Shown piece after piece: positions 50,873 to 62,986 of a stretch of 64,000 nt of DNA (within the stretch, counting starts at the first letter, position 1; every line of letters begins with the position of its first letter). The notes under the pieces were generated by a model that was not told the DNA's origin, ran no database searches, and was given only the letters and a program-made list of their open reading frames with translations. The stretch covers positions 163,742,001-163,806,000 of the forward strand of contig JBNRSN020000008.1 of the NCBI GenBank assembly GCA_051313645.2, read 5' to 3'. Origin of the DNA: Centroscyllium fabricii. Its lineage: Eukaryota. The position numbers and the translations under genes are program-made.

Positions 50873-53077
50873 AAGACCAAGAATTTGGTCCACTTACCGC
50901 CACCCGTTTGCGCCGTGATCTGGTCTAAAAATGGCGGCCGTCACCTTAGCACCCTTCTGTGGTGCGGGACTTGGCGGCCACGATCTTGGTGAGGACCTTA
51001 GCGCTGCCAATAGCAGCGCTGGCCCTGGAGATGTAAATTAAGAAAGCGTAATGTCAGTCAGCGTGCAACGCCGACTTAACATCACCTCAACGAACTTGGA
51101 CTGTAGCGCTGAGTTCAGCACTGGGTCCTAAGCTTACCATGAAAACCCAGCGTTCAGCAGACTGACAGAGGTGCTGTTAGCACCTCTTAAAGGGACACAC
51201 ACATCTTTCAGGTAAGTTTGCATTTAAGCTTTTGGACTGGATTTTGTTTTATTTTATTAAAGTAGTGGCTTGGTGCAATACATGTTAAAAGCTGCTGGAT
51301 GCTTGCAAGGCCTCGGATAGTAACAGAAGACACAAAATGCTGGAAATACTCAGCAGGCCAGGCAGCATCCATGGAGAGAGAAACAGAGTACAAAGCTCAG
51401 GTTGAGAGACTGCATCACCTGCTGAGTATTTCCAGCATTTTATGCTGTCATTTCAGATTTACAGCATCCACTCACAGAGGGAAAGGGCAGGCACAGAAGA
51501 GGAGGAAGCGGAAGAGGAGGAAGCAGAAGGAAGGATGCAACTCAGACAGCCCCTGTCTGGCCAGGATATACGGGATGGAATCATCCGCCTGCGGTACCAG
51601 TGACCATAACGCCAATTCCCCTTTCAACATTAGTCCCACACCTTACCTTCCCTCTGTTACTGACCATCACAGCATCCTCTTGGCCACGATGTTGAAATAA
51701 AAGCTACCACAAAGCAAACCTTCCAATCTAACTTTATACATCTATCCATACAATAGGACATCAAGAAATCAACTCATCATTCTTAATCATTCTCTTAGTG
51801 ACTGTCTTGCTTGTGCCTTTGTCTATCCTCCTGATGTCATGCAGTGCTACCCCAGTGTCTGCAGTATGGCTGGTGGAAGGCTGCTGACTTTCAGTGGGGG
51901 ACACTGAAAATGGCCTTGCAGACCGACCTGGATGAGCTGGTGGCCGGGAGTGTCAAATCGAGTGATGGTGTTTCTTTTTCTTCTTCACTCTGCTCTCCCT
52001 ATTTTTGGTCAATCACTGGCTGGGCAGGCTGCATTTCTTCAGTGTTTGAAATGAGGAAGACACAAAGGTGGAGTTGTGGTGAGGGGAGGGCAGAAAAGCA
52101 AGAGGTGTATGCGAGAAGGACGATAATGTATCCTTTCTGCCCCGCCACTGGCCAAGGGCTCATCCATGATCCTGCCAACAATGGCCTGCACATCTCTTCC
52201 AAGGAGGTGAGGTGAGGCTAGAAATGGGAGGTGCGCCTTATGTTTGGTACAGATTGTTGGTAGGTAAGTGATTGTGGTGGGGGGAAGTCGTGCATTAAGC
52301 AGTGTGTGAGGCTAGTGGTGCAGTTGGTAGGAGATGGCTTTTGAAGATACATTCACTGACCTTGACCTCTGGTTTGAGGTCATGAAGCTTCTTTGGACAC
52401 TGAAGCCAGGGGGTGGGGGTGACACTGTTGGCAGTGACGGCCTCGGTGATCTGATCCGAGATTGTTTTTTCTGGAGGGCCTCCTGGCCCCTGTGGGTAGA
52501 GGACCTCTCCTGCAATGTTGATGCCTGCACAAAGCTGGAGTGCTGTATGCAAAACCCTGGGTGTCCCTTCCCTGGCTCACTGAACCGTTTGTGTTAGTGC
52601 TGAAGCACTTTTTCCATTTTTTGAGGTGTAGAAGAGAATTCAGCTTTAAGAACGGAAGACCCCCAGTTGGGAATTCTTTTCACTGTTAATTTTTTTTTCA
52701 AAGGCAATTGAGCTATAAGGCCTCAAAACTGCATATTTTTACATCATTTTTACTTTTATCATTTCAGAAGGCATTGTCCTTTTAAGAAAATGACAATGTA
52801 GTGCCCTTTTAAGACCCCACAATGTTTTGTGAAATCACAACCTCACCTTCAGAGGTTGTTCGAAGCTGCAACGCTGCTCGTGGATGCCACACTGGGGCCT
52901 GATGCCAGGACAAACGCCACCAGGAGGGCATTACATGGTGAGCTTAGCGCTGGGTGAATAATCATTCGTCCCCAGTGCCAATTTTTCCATCCTACCAGCG
53001 CCAACATTTTCAGCAGCCATTAAGCCACAGCTATGGTGACACCGGCAGCTTTTGTGCCGCAGTCGAATTTTTAGCCC
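50873..53077 (-). mobile_element. Decayed PIF/Harbinger-type element with a Myb/SANT-like ORF remnant
   Basis: Peptide EVLYPQG...DQITEAVTANSVTPTPWLQCPKKLHDLKPEVK (52295-52552) resembles the Harbinger Myb/SANT W-x-Q-C-x-K-K-x-x-DL motif. Degenerate termini GACCAAGAATTT...AATTTTTAGCCCC. Confidence 0.6.
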
Positions 53078-53519
53078 CACAGATATTCTCTCAATAAAGG
53101 TTTGGTGCTGTCCCCGCAATGGGATGTTCATGCTAACTCCTCAGTGAAGAGTTGGTGCTGTGCTCTCAGTAGAGAGCTGATGGTGCTCCCTCAATAAAAT
53201 GTTGCCAGTATCCCTTCAATAAAGGGTTGGTGCTCGCTCCTCAGTAAGGAGCTGGTACTATTCTCTCAGTGGGCAGTTGATACTGACCCTCATTAAAGAG
53301 GTCGTACTATCCTCTGACTGAGAAGCTGAAGCCTACCCCTAAAATTCACTTGTGCAAAACTAAATTTCTCCCATTGATGTACGAAATATATTGGTCCGTG
53401 TAATGTGTCCATATCACCCCACTCACCGCCACCCCCCCCACCCCACCGTTCATCTGCTAAAGAGTTTCCCACATAAAATAAACAAAATAAAATCACCCCT
53501 GAAATAGATTCACCCAATG

Positions 53520-53710
53520 CCAAATTCTGCCCCAACCCTAAACCCAACTCTAACTCTGACTTCTATCTTAAACTGATCCTTAAGTCTAACTATATACCCA
53601 ACTCTAACCTAAGCCCAACTTCAGCCCTGGCCCAAACCTACAGCTAAGCACAACTCTAACCCTAACCCTAACCTGAAACTTAAAGCTATATTCAACCCTA
53701 ACCCTACTCT
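53520..53710. repeat. Degenerate (CCCTAA)n telomere-like tract
   Basis: CTAACCCTAACCCTAACC at ~53656-53673 and AACCCTAACCCTA at ~53694-53706, within hexamer-like variants. Confidence 0.55.
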
Positions 53711-53749
53711 TGCTCTAAAGTCAAGGACATCTGACAAGTTTTTCTTTTC

Positions 53750-56700
53750 ATTTTATTCTGGAGGCAGATCTGAAACCGGTGGCAAGAGGGTGGGTTCAAT
53801 GGTGATAAGACCAGGGGCAAGGTGGGCAGGGGGCAGTAACAAGCTCAGTGGGAGCAGCAAAGCAATATGAGCAGGGGAGCAACCAGGCTCGCCAGAGCAA
53901 AAACAAGGCGTCCAACTCTCCCAAGGTATAAAGACAGGAGGATTTGCCTGGAGTGAAAAGATTGGAGGTGTGATAGGGTTCAGCAACAACAAAAGAAAAG
54001 GCTGACACAGGCACAAACACGATAGAAGGTTGAAAAGACAAACGTACCTGCACTTTAATCAGGAAATCATTAGTCAAGGAACATGTGCCAGGATAGCTGA
54101 ATAACCCAGACTGAATAACCCTGGGTGGGGGACTCGGTAGCAACAATATTGAATAAGCAGGCTGAGTCCTGAAAGACATAGCTACCAGTCTGGGCCAGCG
54201 GCGGGGGGAGAGAACCAACACGAGTTAAAAGCCTACTTGACCACGTCCTCACCAATCTACCTGCCACACATGCACCTGTCCATGACAGTAGTGGTACCAG
54301 TGACCACCACAGTCCTTGTGGAGAAAAAGTCCTGTCTTCGCACTGAGAACGCCCTCTATCATATTGTGTGGCACTACCACCATGCTGAAGGGGACAAATT
54401 CAGCATAGATCTAGCAGCTCAAAACTGGGCATCCATGAGGCGCTGTGGGCCATCAGCAGCATCAGAATTATATTCCACCACAATCTGTAACCTCATAGCC
54501 CAGCATATTCCTCACTCTACCATTACCATCAAGTGAGGGGACCAACCCTGGTTCAATAACGAGTGCAGAAGAGCATGCCAGGAGCAGCACCAGGCGTACC
54601 TAAATATGTGGTGCAAATCTGGTGAAGCTACAACACAGGACTACATGCATGCTAAACAGCAGAAGCAACATGCTTTAGACAGGGCTAAGCAATCCCACAA
54701 CCAACAGATCAGATCAAAGCTCTGCAGTCCTGCTACACCCAGTCGTGAATGGTGGTGAACCATTAAAGAACTAATGGGAGGAGGAGGCTCCATGAATATC
54801 CCCATCCTCAATGATGGTGGAGCCCAGCACATGAGTGCAAAAGACAAGGCTGAAGCGTTTTCAACCATATTCAGCCAAAAATGCCGAGTGGATGATCTAT
54901 CTCAGCCTCCTCCTGAGGTCCGCACCATCACAGAAGCCAGTCTTCAGCCAATTCGATTCACTCCACATGATATCAAGAAACGGCTGAGTGCACTGGATAC
55001 AGCAAAGGCTTTGGGCCCCGACAACATCCCAGCTGTAGTGCTAAAGACATGTGTTACAGAACTAGCTGCGCCTCTAGCCAAGCTATTCTAGTACAACTAC
55101 AACACTGGCATCTACCCGAAAAAGTGGATAATTTCCCAGGTATGTCCTGTCCACAAAAAGCAGAACAAATCCAATCCAGCCAATTACCGGCCCATCAGTC
55201 GACTCTCAATCATCAGTAAAGTGATGGAAGGTGTCATCGACAGTGCTATCAAGTGGCAATTACTCACCAATAACCTGCTCACTGATGCTCAGTTTGGGTT
55301 CTGCCAGGACCACTCAGTTCCAGGCCCCATTACAGTCTTGGTCCAAACATGGACAAAAGAGCTGAATTCCAGAGGTGAGGTGAGAGTGACTGCCCTTGAC
55401 ATCAAGGCAGCATGTGACCGAGAATGGCATCAAGGAGCCGTGGTAAAATTGAAGTAAATGGGAATCAAGGGGAAAACTCTCCATGGGCTGGAGTCATACC
55501 GAGCACAAAAAAAGATGGCTGTGGTTGTCGGAGGCCAATCACCTCAGCCCCAGGACACCGCTGCAGCGGTTCCTCAGGGCAGTGTCCTAGGCCCAACCAT
55601 CTCCAGCTGCTTCATCACAGACCTTCACTCCATCATAAGGTCAGAAGTGGGATGTTCGCTGATGCTTGCACAGTGTTCAGTTCCATTCACAACTCCTCAG
55701 ATAATAAAGTAATGTTCCCTCTAATTTTTTTTGATGCGCTGTCCATGCTCAATGTTCCCCCAAATGTGCGCGGCTGCGCACCAATTGGGAGGTCCTGCAC
55801 AGGCCGTTCACCAGCTGCTGCCGCTGGAAAAGATACTACGCAGAATATTTAAAAGGACAGCGCATCAAAAAAAATTATAGGGAACATTTTCTGTCCACAG
55901 CAAGACCTGCAACACATGCAGGTTTAGGCTGATAAGTAGTAATTAACATTCGCACCACACAATGCCAGGCAATGACCATCTCCAACAAGAGAAAGCCTAC
56001 CCACGACCCCTTGACATTCAATGGTATTACCATCGTTAAATCCCCCACCATCAACATCCTGGGGGTCACCATTGACCAGAAACTTAACTGTACCACCCAC
56101 ATAAATACTGTGGCTACAAGAGCAAGTCAGAGGCTGGGTATTCTGCAGCAAGTGACTCACCTCCTGACTCTCCAAAGCCTTTTCATCATCTGCAAGGCAC
56201 AAGTCAGGAGTGTGATGGAATACTCTCCACTTGCCTGGATGAGTGCAGCTCCAACAACACACAAGAAGCTCGACACCATCGAGGACAAAGCAGCTCGCTT
56301 GTTTGGCACCCCATCCACCACCTTAAACATTCATTCCCTCCACTACCAGCGCACCGTGGCTGCAGTGTGTACCATCTACAAGATGCACTGCAGCAACTCA
56401 CCAAGGCTTCTTCGACAGCACCTCCCAAACCCGTGATCTCTACCACCTAGAAGGACAAGGGCAGCAGGTGCACAGAACACCATCACAACCAAGTTCTTCT
56501 CCAAGTCACACACCATCCTGACTTGGAGCTATATCAGTGTTCCTTCATCGTCGCTGGCTCAAAATCCTGGAACTCCCTCCCTAACAGCAGACTGCAGCAG
56601 TTCAAGAAGGTGGCTCACCACCACCTTCTCAAGGGCAATTAGGAATGAACAATAAATGCTGGCCTTGCAATGACCCTCACAGCCCATTAATTAATTTTTA
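53750..56700 (+). mobile_element. Decayed CR1/L2-group LINE ORF2 (endonuclease remnant plus RT) with stops and frameshifts
   Basis: KALGPDNIP, NYRPIS, QFGF, ALDIKAACD, VPQGSVLGP and MFADA motifs across broken ORFs 54774-56436, with a 3' tail near 56630-56700. The 5' limit is approximate. Confidence 0.88.
55710..55889. mobile_element. Small MITE (hAT-like TIR) inside the LINE
   Basis: AATGTTCCCTCTAATTTTTTTTGATGCGCTGTCC pairs with GGACAGCGCATCAAAAAAAATTATAGGGAACATT (~34-bp near-perfect TIR). Confidence 0.8.
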
Positions 56701-58093
56701 AAAAGCATGCAAACGTCTTGACTTAATCTTGCAATAATCAATGGCCAAAGAATATGTACAAATTCTGAAACTTCGTTGAAAGGTGAAGATCCAATATTAT
56801 GCTTAGCCAGTGGGACAAGAGCTGCAGCGGTGTCCCAGACAGTTCTGACCCACATTAACTCCTGATGTTATCCTTTTAGTAAGAATTGGTTCAGCCCCCT
56901 CAATAAGGAGTTACTCCTATCCCCTCAGTAGGGAGTTTCTGCTATAAATTTAGTAAGGATTTGGTGCCGCCCCTTCATAATGAGTCAGTGTTATCTTCTC
57001 ACTAATGTATCAACATTTAAAAATGTTCCTTAAATGTAACCTCATGTAATGAGTATTTGCCTGAAAAAGGTGTGTAATTTCTTAAATTAAAAAAATGAAT
57101 TGAAGATGTTGAGGTAGATGTTCCTCTATACTGCCACCTCCACTTGACAAATTCCTTTGTGATTTACTTTATCTTCCTAAATTTATATCTATATTATCTT
57201 GGAGTTGTTTTTGTCTACATGATAAATATTGGTGATATAATGAAGGACCTGCCTTGGAGGAGCTAATGAGCATGAAGTGAACTGATATCCACAGGTACAG
57301 TTACTGTGTTCTTCAACAACTGGATCATTCTGATTGTGCAATTTAATTAATTTCCCTCGCAAGACCAGCTCACTCACTCCTCAGTTCAGGTCCCCGATGA
57401 TGTAACTAATACTCATTATTTAAATGTTAAAAATATTTTATAAATGAAGAAAAGTTAACTCGGATCTCTTTGAATATTGTTATTTTATAGTGGGCTGATG
57501 GTGAGACTCCCTGGTTAAAGCAAAAGCACTTAATAAAGGAACTATGGGGTAGCGCAGGACCTACATTTACTGGAGTCAAGTGATTAGGAAAAAGATGTAA
57601 TTAGAAAGTAAATTAGATGGTGAGTCATGAATAGACGACTGGTAAGACTATAATGCAATGGTTTTATTGTATAATTAACTGCAAATCTTAGCTGATAACA
57701 TGGACTAGAACGTGGATTTGGTTAGGTAGGATTTTCCATGCCCTCTATCTACAGACAGTCCTATCAGTTAGGGGAGACTTAGTGAAAAACACTAACTATC
57801 CTTCTAATCATGCATTTGAACATTAGCCTTAGGTATCTACTTTTTTGATAATGTGGAAAGATGGGCAGATTATCTCAGAAAGGACCATAAACCCTTTCTA
57901 AAACAGGCTACTTGCCATTTCATCAATTCACAGAAAATCACTGCGCAATCTTCATTCTAGAGCTGATTTAGATATTAGGCCCATAAGTAAACAGAATTAC
58001 TGATAGCTGTTACAAAAAGGCAACAAGAATGAATAACAACCTTCATGAAATGTGAGACTATGGGAGGGATTCCGAAAAGATATGCACTGTTAA

Positions 58094-58421
58094 GGGCGGC
58101 ACAGTGGCATAGTGGTTAGGACTGTTGCCTCACAGCGCTAGGCGCCCGGGTTCAAATCCAGCCTCGGGTACTATCTGTGTGGAGTTTGCACATTCTCCCC
58201 GTGTCTGCGTGGGTTTCCTTCGGGTGCTCCAGTTTCCTCCCACAGTCCAATGATGTGCAGGTTAGGTTGATTGGCCATGATAAATTGACCCTTAGTGTGT
58301 TAGGGGGATTGAATATGTGGGGTTACAGGGATAGGGTGGGATATGTGTCGGTGCAGGCTCGATGGGCCGAAATGGCCTCTAGTTGCACTGTAGGGATTCT
58401 ATGATTCTATGATTCTATGAT
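58094..58421 (+). mobile_element. HE1/V-SINE-type SINE with (ATTCTATG)n tail
   Basis: Same A/B boxes and V-domain as 48038, with a different 3' end. Confidence 0.88.
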
Positions 58422-59159
58422 CTAAGGCCATACTTGACTGGTAAAGAGGTCTCAAATTGTAGGGTGGTAAAGGGCCAGCAACATTATGTATTTGGAGCAT
58501 TGGGATGCACCAAATTCTGCTATTATCCACCATTGCTAAGCTCCATAATTAGCAACATGTCCCTCAAAATAGCTGCAACCAATTCTTAATGATATTGCCT
58601 GAGGGAGGTGATGGGTGGGAATTGGTGAAGAGACTCTTTTAAAGCATTTTTATCTTTTCGCTTGAACTGGATCCTATTTCAGGAAGGTGACACCCATGTG
58701 TCACTCTCCCACATTTACATTTGGTCTGAGGAGCTGGTCTTTATAGGCACTGAGCTCTACTTTTACACTGAGCCCTACTGATAGCAAACATGTGGGGCCA
58801 GCTACCTGTGCTCCCTTATCCCACTGAGAATCACAGATCCATACTTTTGTGGGATTGTGATGGCACTGGGATAAGGGAGGTGAAATACAGGCGATGGAGA
58901 AGGATTGGGTTGTGCTCTGTTTAATGTTAATATGCTTTTAAATGTACTTGCTGGTTTATTGCAAAGAACAACTTGGTTTTCACCAGAGCGGGATATTTGT
59001 TTTGAGAGGTTTGGCCCACCTGCCAAATCCCCTCTTTCTCTTTGTGACTGTGGTATTAATGGAAGTGAAAATGGGGAGGAACTGCCCCCTCCAGATCCAT
59101 CCCTTCTGTTCCTGATGTATTCCAACATCATGAACTTTCAACATACTGTATTTTTTTAA

Positions 59160-59418
59160 ATTTCATTCACGGGATGTCAGCGTCACTGGCAAGGCCAGCA
59201 TTTGTTGCCCATCCCTAATTGCCCTTGAGAAGGTGATGAGCCGCTGTTAGGGAGGGAGTTCCAGGATTTTGACCCCGTGACGATGAAGGAATGGCAATAT
59301 ATTTCCAAGTCAGGATGGCGTGTAACTTGGAGGGGAATTTGCAGGTAGTGGTGTTCCCACGCGCCTGCTGCCCTTGTCCTTCTAGGTGGTAGAGGTTGTG
59401 GGTTTGGGAGGTGCTATC
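59160..59418 (-). mobile_element. 3' fragment of the CR1/L2-group LINE
   Basis: GCCCATCCCTAATTGCCCTTGAGAAGGTG..., parallel to 38041-38297. Confidence 0.8.
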
Positions 59419-59710
59419 CTATGACCTTGCACCTGTGAATATAGAGCAATTCCAACATACGGGAACCATGTCCCCTCATGGGTGTGTGCTGCTCATGCTC
59501 CACCCTTTTTGGGGAACATGTAAATAATCAAGTTCAACATTCATTAAAAAATTATTTTCTTTAAAAAAATGTTTGTGTAGCTTTTACCGAGTGAGTTTAT
59601 CCTGCCCCACTAAGGCAATTTTACTCAGCAGACACTATAGTTGTTCCCATTTTTATGACCTTTTTTTTTCAATTTTGTTTCTCCGACAAAGGCAAAGAAG
59701 AAATAAGCAC

Positions 59711-60177
59711 CTGTGTACGGTTGAAGGCAACTCGTGCAAACACAGCTTGTGATACGCTGGCTCTCTTCAGCTCATCCCGGACTTGCTGGTAGATTTCCGG
59801 AGCGACCTCCACGGATGAACTGGAAGGCTCCATAGGCTTCGCGGGCCTGGGGATAGGCGGGTGATTGAGGAACTGCTGGTTTATGGACTGGGGGTGCTGG
59901 TGCGCCAGCAGCCTGCTGACGGCTATCTGCTGGTTGATCAGGTGGGCCATGGCGAGCTGCTGCCTCACCAGCTGAGGGCTCAGCTGTGGTGACAGCAGAC
60001 TGGGACTCATAATCGGTTGCATCACCGGCACTTGGCTTCTGATGGGAGGGCTGTGCTGGAGCTGGCCGTGAGGAGACTGCTCGCTGCTCTTTGCTAAGTT
60101 TGCCAGTTGATTGATGTTCGTCAGGTGGGATGGCCGTTGTCCTAGGACACAGTACTCCGCCAGATTTTCTCTTTCGA
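59711..60177 (-). CDS. SATB2: SATB2 coding exon (linker region and N-terminal part of CUT1 domain)
   Basis: Acceptor ttttag|TC GAA and donor CAG|gtgctt. 467 bp reading (V)[15 protein letters not shown]...[44 protein letters not shown]...[28 protein letters not shown]. This matches SATB2 as recalled ([15 protein letters not shown]) rather than SATB1 ([15 protein letters not shown]). Confidence 0.96.
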
Positions 60178-60894
60178 CTAAAATTTAAAAAGAAAGATCC
60201 GCAGGAAGCACTCTTAGTGATTATTGACAACATAATAGAAAAAAAATGAATTCAGTACAAACCTAAACTATTTCAGTAAAATTCAAAAGGTACTGTTGCT
60301 CTAAATGACTTTACCTGGAAGGTAATAGCAAATAATCTGCTGCGTTAAAGAGAGAGCCCAAAACAAGTTTATTGTTGCACAAATGGGTACATTTCAGAAA
60401 TGAAAGTCTTACACAGCGTGTTCATTTTTACTCGCTGGCAGCGTGACTCCTATTATATTTAAATGGTCCAAATATAACAGGTCACCTGACACCTCGCAAT
60501 CACAAATCAATTGAAGTTGTTTGCGTTCATTTGTCTGAGGCCTGTGTTCCTCTATTAGGATCATGTGATGAACATTTCTCTTCGCACAGATTGCATGTGG
60601 AAGGCAGCGATGATGGAATATTTATGCTTTCTCTTTTTAAATGCATGTTTCTTGGCTGTGAGGGGGGTGAGGCATTGGTAGGACACTATGGACATCAATT
60701 TGCAGCAATGGTTCCTGGTGTATTTTCCAAAAGGTGACAAGGTTCATGGAGCATGTGAGCGACTGACTGGCTGTGTATTTAGATGACACTAGCATAGTTA
60801 TTTACTAAATGCACAGGGAAAGGAATATTGTCGGGTGGGTTAACTGGCACAGCTCACACCCAAATCCTCAATGGGGTTAGTGTAGGAAAGTGGA

Positions 60895-60989
60895 GATGAG
60901 ATAGAAGATCAGCCATGATCTTATTGAATGGCGGAGCAGGCTCGAGGGGCCAAATGGCCGACTCCTGCTCCTATTTCTTATGTTCTTAT
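60895..60989 (+). mobile_element. CR1 3' tail fragment
   Basis: GATCAGCCATGATC...CTCCTGCTCCTATTTCTTATGTTCTTAT. Confidence 0.8.
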
Positions 60990-61392
60990 ACCCACTGACA
61001 AGATGGGCCAGAGGCAAAGCAATACCCCTTACCTTACCCTGACAATACAGCTGAACCTCAGCCTCTGAATTGCATATGTGGCTCCATCATTTCCGTCTCT
61101 CTTATCCTTATTGCTTTTCTCAGCAAGATACCATTCTGGAGCTTTTGTACCGTAAACAAATAATCACTGGCTACTGGACTGAAACTGAGATACTTTCAAT
61201 GCTGCATACTTGTTCTGTGTTCATTTTTTCCTCTAATTTATTTTCAGGAATTAGTGGGGACTCAGTACATACTGAATGCATTGATGCCAATACTGAGGAA
61301 GTAGGCACAGTCTGCAGATGTTTCTGTACAGACCGAGGGCGATAGATGTCCATCTTGTATGTTGAAATTGGTAAAAAGAAAGAGGCATGATA

Positions 61393-61795
61393 GGGCGGCA
61401 TGGTGGCTAGCACTGTTGTCTCACAGCACTGGAGACCCGGGTTCAAATCCAGCCTCGGGTACTATCTGTGTGGAGTTTGCACATTCTCCCCGTGTCTGCG
61501 TGGGTTTCCTCCGGGTGCTCCGGTTTCCTCCCACAGTCCAAAGATGTGCGGGTTAGGTTGATTGGCCAGGATAAATTGACCCTTAGTGTTAGGGGGATTA
61601 AATATGTGGGGTTGCGGGGATAGGGTGGGATGTGTGTCGATGCAGGCTCGATAGGGATCGAGGGATATGGGGAGAGGGCAGGGACAGGGTACTGAGTTTG
61701 GATGATCAGCCATGATCTCATTGAATGGCGGAGCAGGCTCGAAAGGCCGAATGGCCTACTCCTGCTCCTAGTTTCTATGTTTCTATGTTTCTATG
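61393..61795 (+). mobile_element. HE1/V-SINE-type SINE
   Basis: Highly similar to 48038-48441. Confidence 0.9.
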
Positions 61796-61989
61796 ACCAA
61801 GCAGAGAGTCAAGACCCACAGAAAATATTAACGGACTTTTGTCTTCTCTTATTGTTTTTTCTGAATTTCGCTCCCATCTTAAAATAAAAGGTGTTCACAA
61901 AATAGTTAGGGGAAAATTTTGTTGGTTGAGCATGGATAAGAAATCAGAGTACAATTGTGCAGAGGAGGTTCTAAAGGAAGAGTGAGTTC

Positions 61990-62725
61990 TGAGCTACAGC
62001 CCAAACTGGCAGTCAGTGCTGGATCTGGTTCTGGAGAATGAGGTAAGTCAAGTGGAGCAAGTGTCAGTAGGGGAACATTTAGGGAACAGTGATCACAGAA
62101 TCATAAGGTGGAATCATTAGTTATGGAAAAGGACAGGGAGCAATCTAGAGTAACAATACTTAATTGGAGGAGGGACAATTTCAGTGGGTTGAGAACAGAT
62201 CTGGCCCGGGTAAATTGGAATCAAAGATTGGCAGGCAAAACTGTAATCGAACAATGGGCTGCCTTTAAAGAGGAGGTGGTTCGGCTACAGTCGAGGTACA
62301 TTCCCACTAGGGGGAAAGGAAAGACAATTAAACCCAGAGCTCCCTGGATGACAAAAGAGATAGAGAGTAAGATGAAGCAGAAAAAGAACATGTATGATAG
62401 ATGTCAAGTTGAGAATACAAGTGAGAACTAGGCTGAATTTAGAAAGTTCAGAGGGGAAGTGAAAAAGAAAATAAGAGGGGCAAAGAGAGAGTATGAGAAT
62501 AGATTGGCAGCTAATATCAAAGGGAATTCAAAAGTCTTCTATAGGCATATAATAAATGGATAGTAAGAGGAGAGTGGGGCTGATTAGGGACCAAAAAAGA
62601 GACCTACGCATGGAGGCAGAGGGTATGGTTGAGGTACTAAATGAATACTTTGCATCTGTCTTCACCAAGGAAGAAGATACTGCCAAAGTCATAGTGAAAG
62701 AAAAGGTGGTTGAGGTACTGGATGG
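61990..62725 (+). mobile_element. CR1 LINE ORF2 fragment (endonuclease end and linker), interrupted by an LTR element
   Basis: LDLVL...EHLGNSDH, LNWRRDNF, APWMTKEI and EVLNEYFASVFTKE motifs, with stops. Confidence 0.82.
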
Positions 62726-62962
62726 TGCGGTAACCGTGTATAACCACTGTACATAGTTGCTGGTCTATCTCTATAATCTTGTAGGCCAGGTCAGCCACAC
62801 CCCTAACTCCTCCCCTCAGGTCGGAGTATATAGGTGAGTGCAGACCTGCCCCCATTCATTCTTCACCTTGACCTCATCAGGAGACCAGCTCCATTCTTAG
62901 TTAATAAAAGCCTGTAGTTTAGGTAACTACGCGGCTTTGTATGATTAATTGACGATACATCA
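62726..62962 (+). mobile_element. 5' LTR of a Ty3/Gypsy-type retrotransposon
   Basis: TG at 62726 where CR1 homology stops; GAGTATATAG TATA box at ~62825; AATAAA at 62903; ends ...TACATCA, 24 bp before the gag ATG. Confidence 0.75.
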
Positions 62963-62986
62963 ATTTTATTAACTAATTTTTAAAAC

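Larger units (their letters stand above)
50640..57005. repeat. Old degenerate ~25-bp minisatellite (approx. GAGTTGGTGCTATCCCCTCAGTA..) in three pieces: 50640-50870, 53085-53320, 56860-57005
   Basis: Recurring TTGGTG...CCCTCA(A/G)T motif at ~25-bp spacing in all three segments. Confidence 0.6.

Noticed and set aside
45676-60177. SATB1 as the gene identity
   Set aside because: Residues such as [29 protein letters not shown] and AANKSQ fit SATB2 as recalled.
59772-60233. 153-aa ORF overlapping the SATB2 exon
   Set aside because: Alternative frame of the exon; the splice sites and homology support the other frame.
62854-62865. CACCTTGACCTC shared between the Gypsy LTR and cassette copies 1, 2 and 11
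   Set aside because: Present in only a minority of cassette copies and at a different offset from the TATA box; the rest does not align by eye, so common family membership is unsupported.
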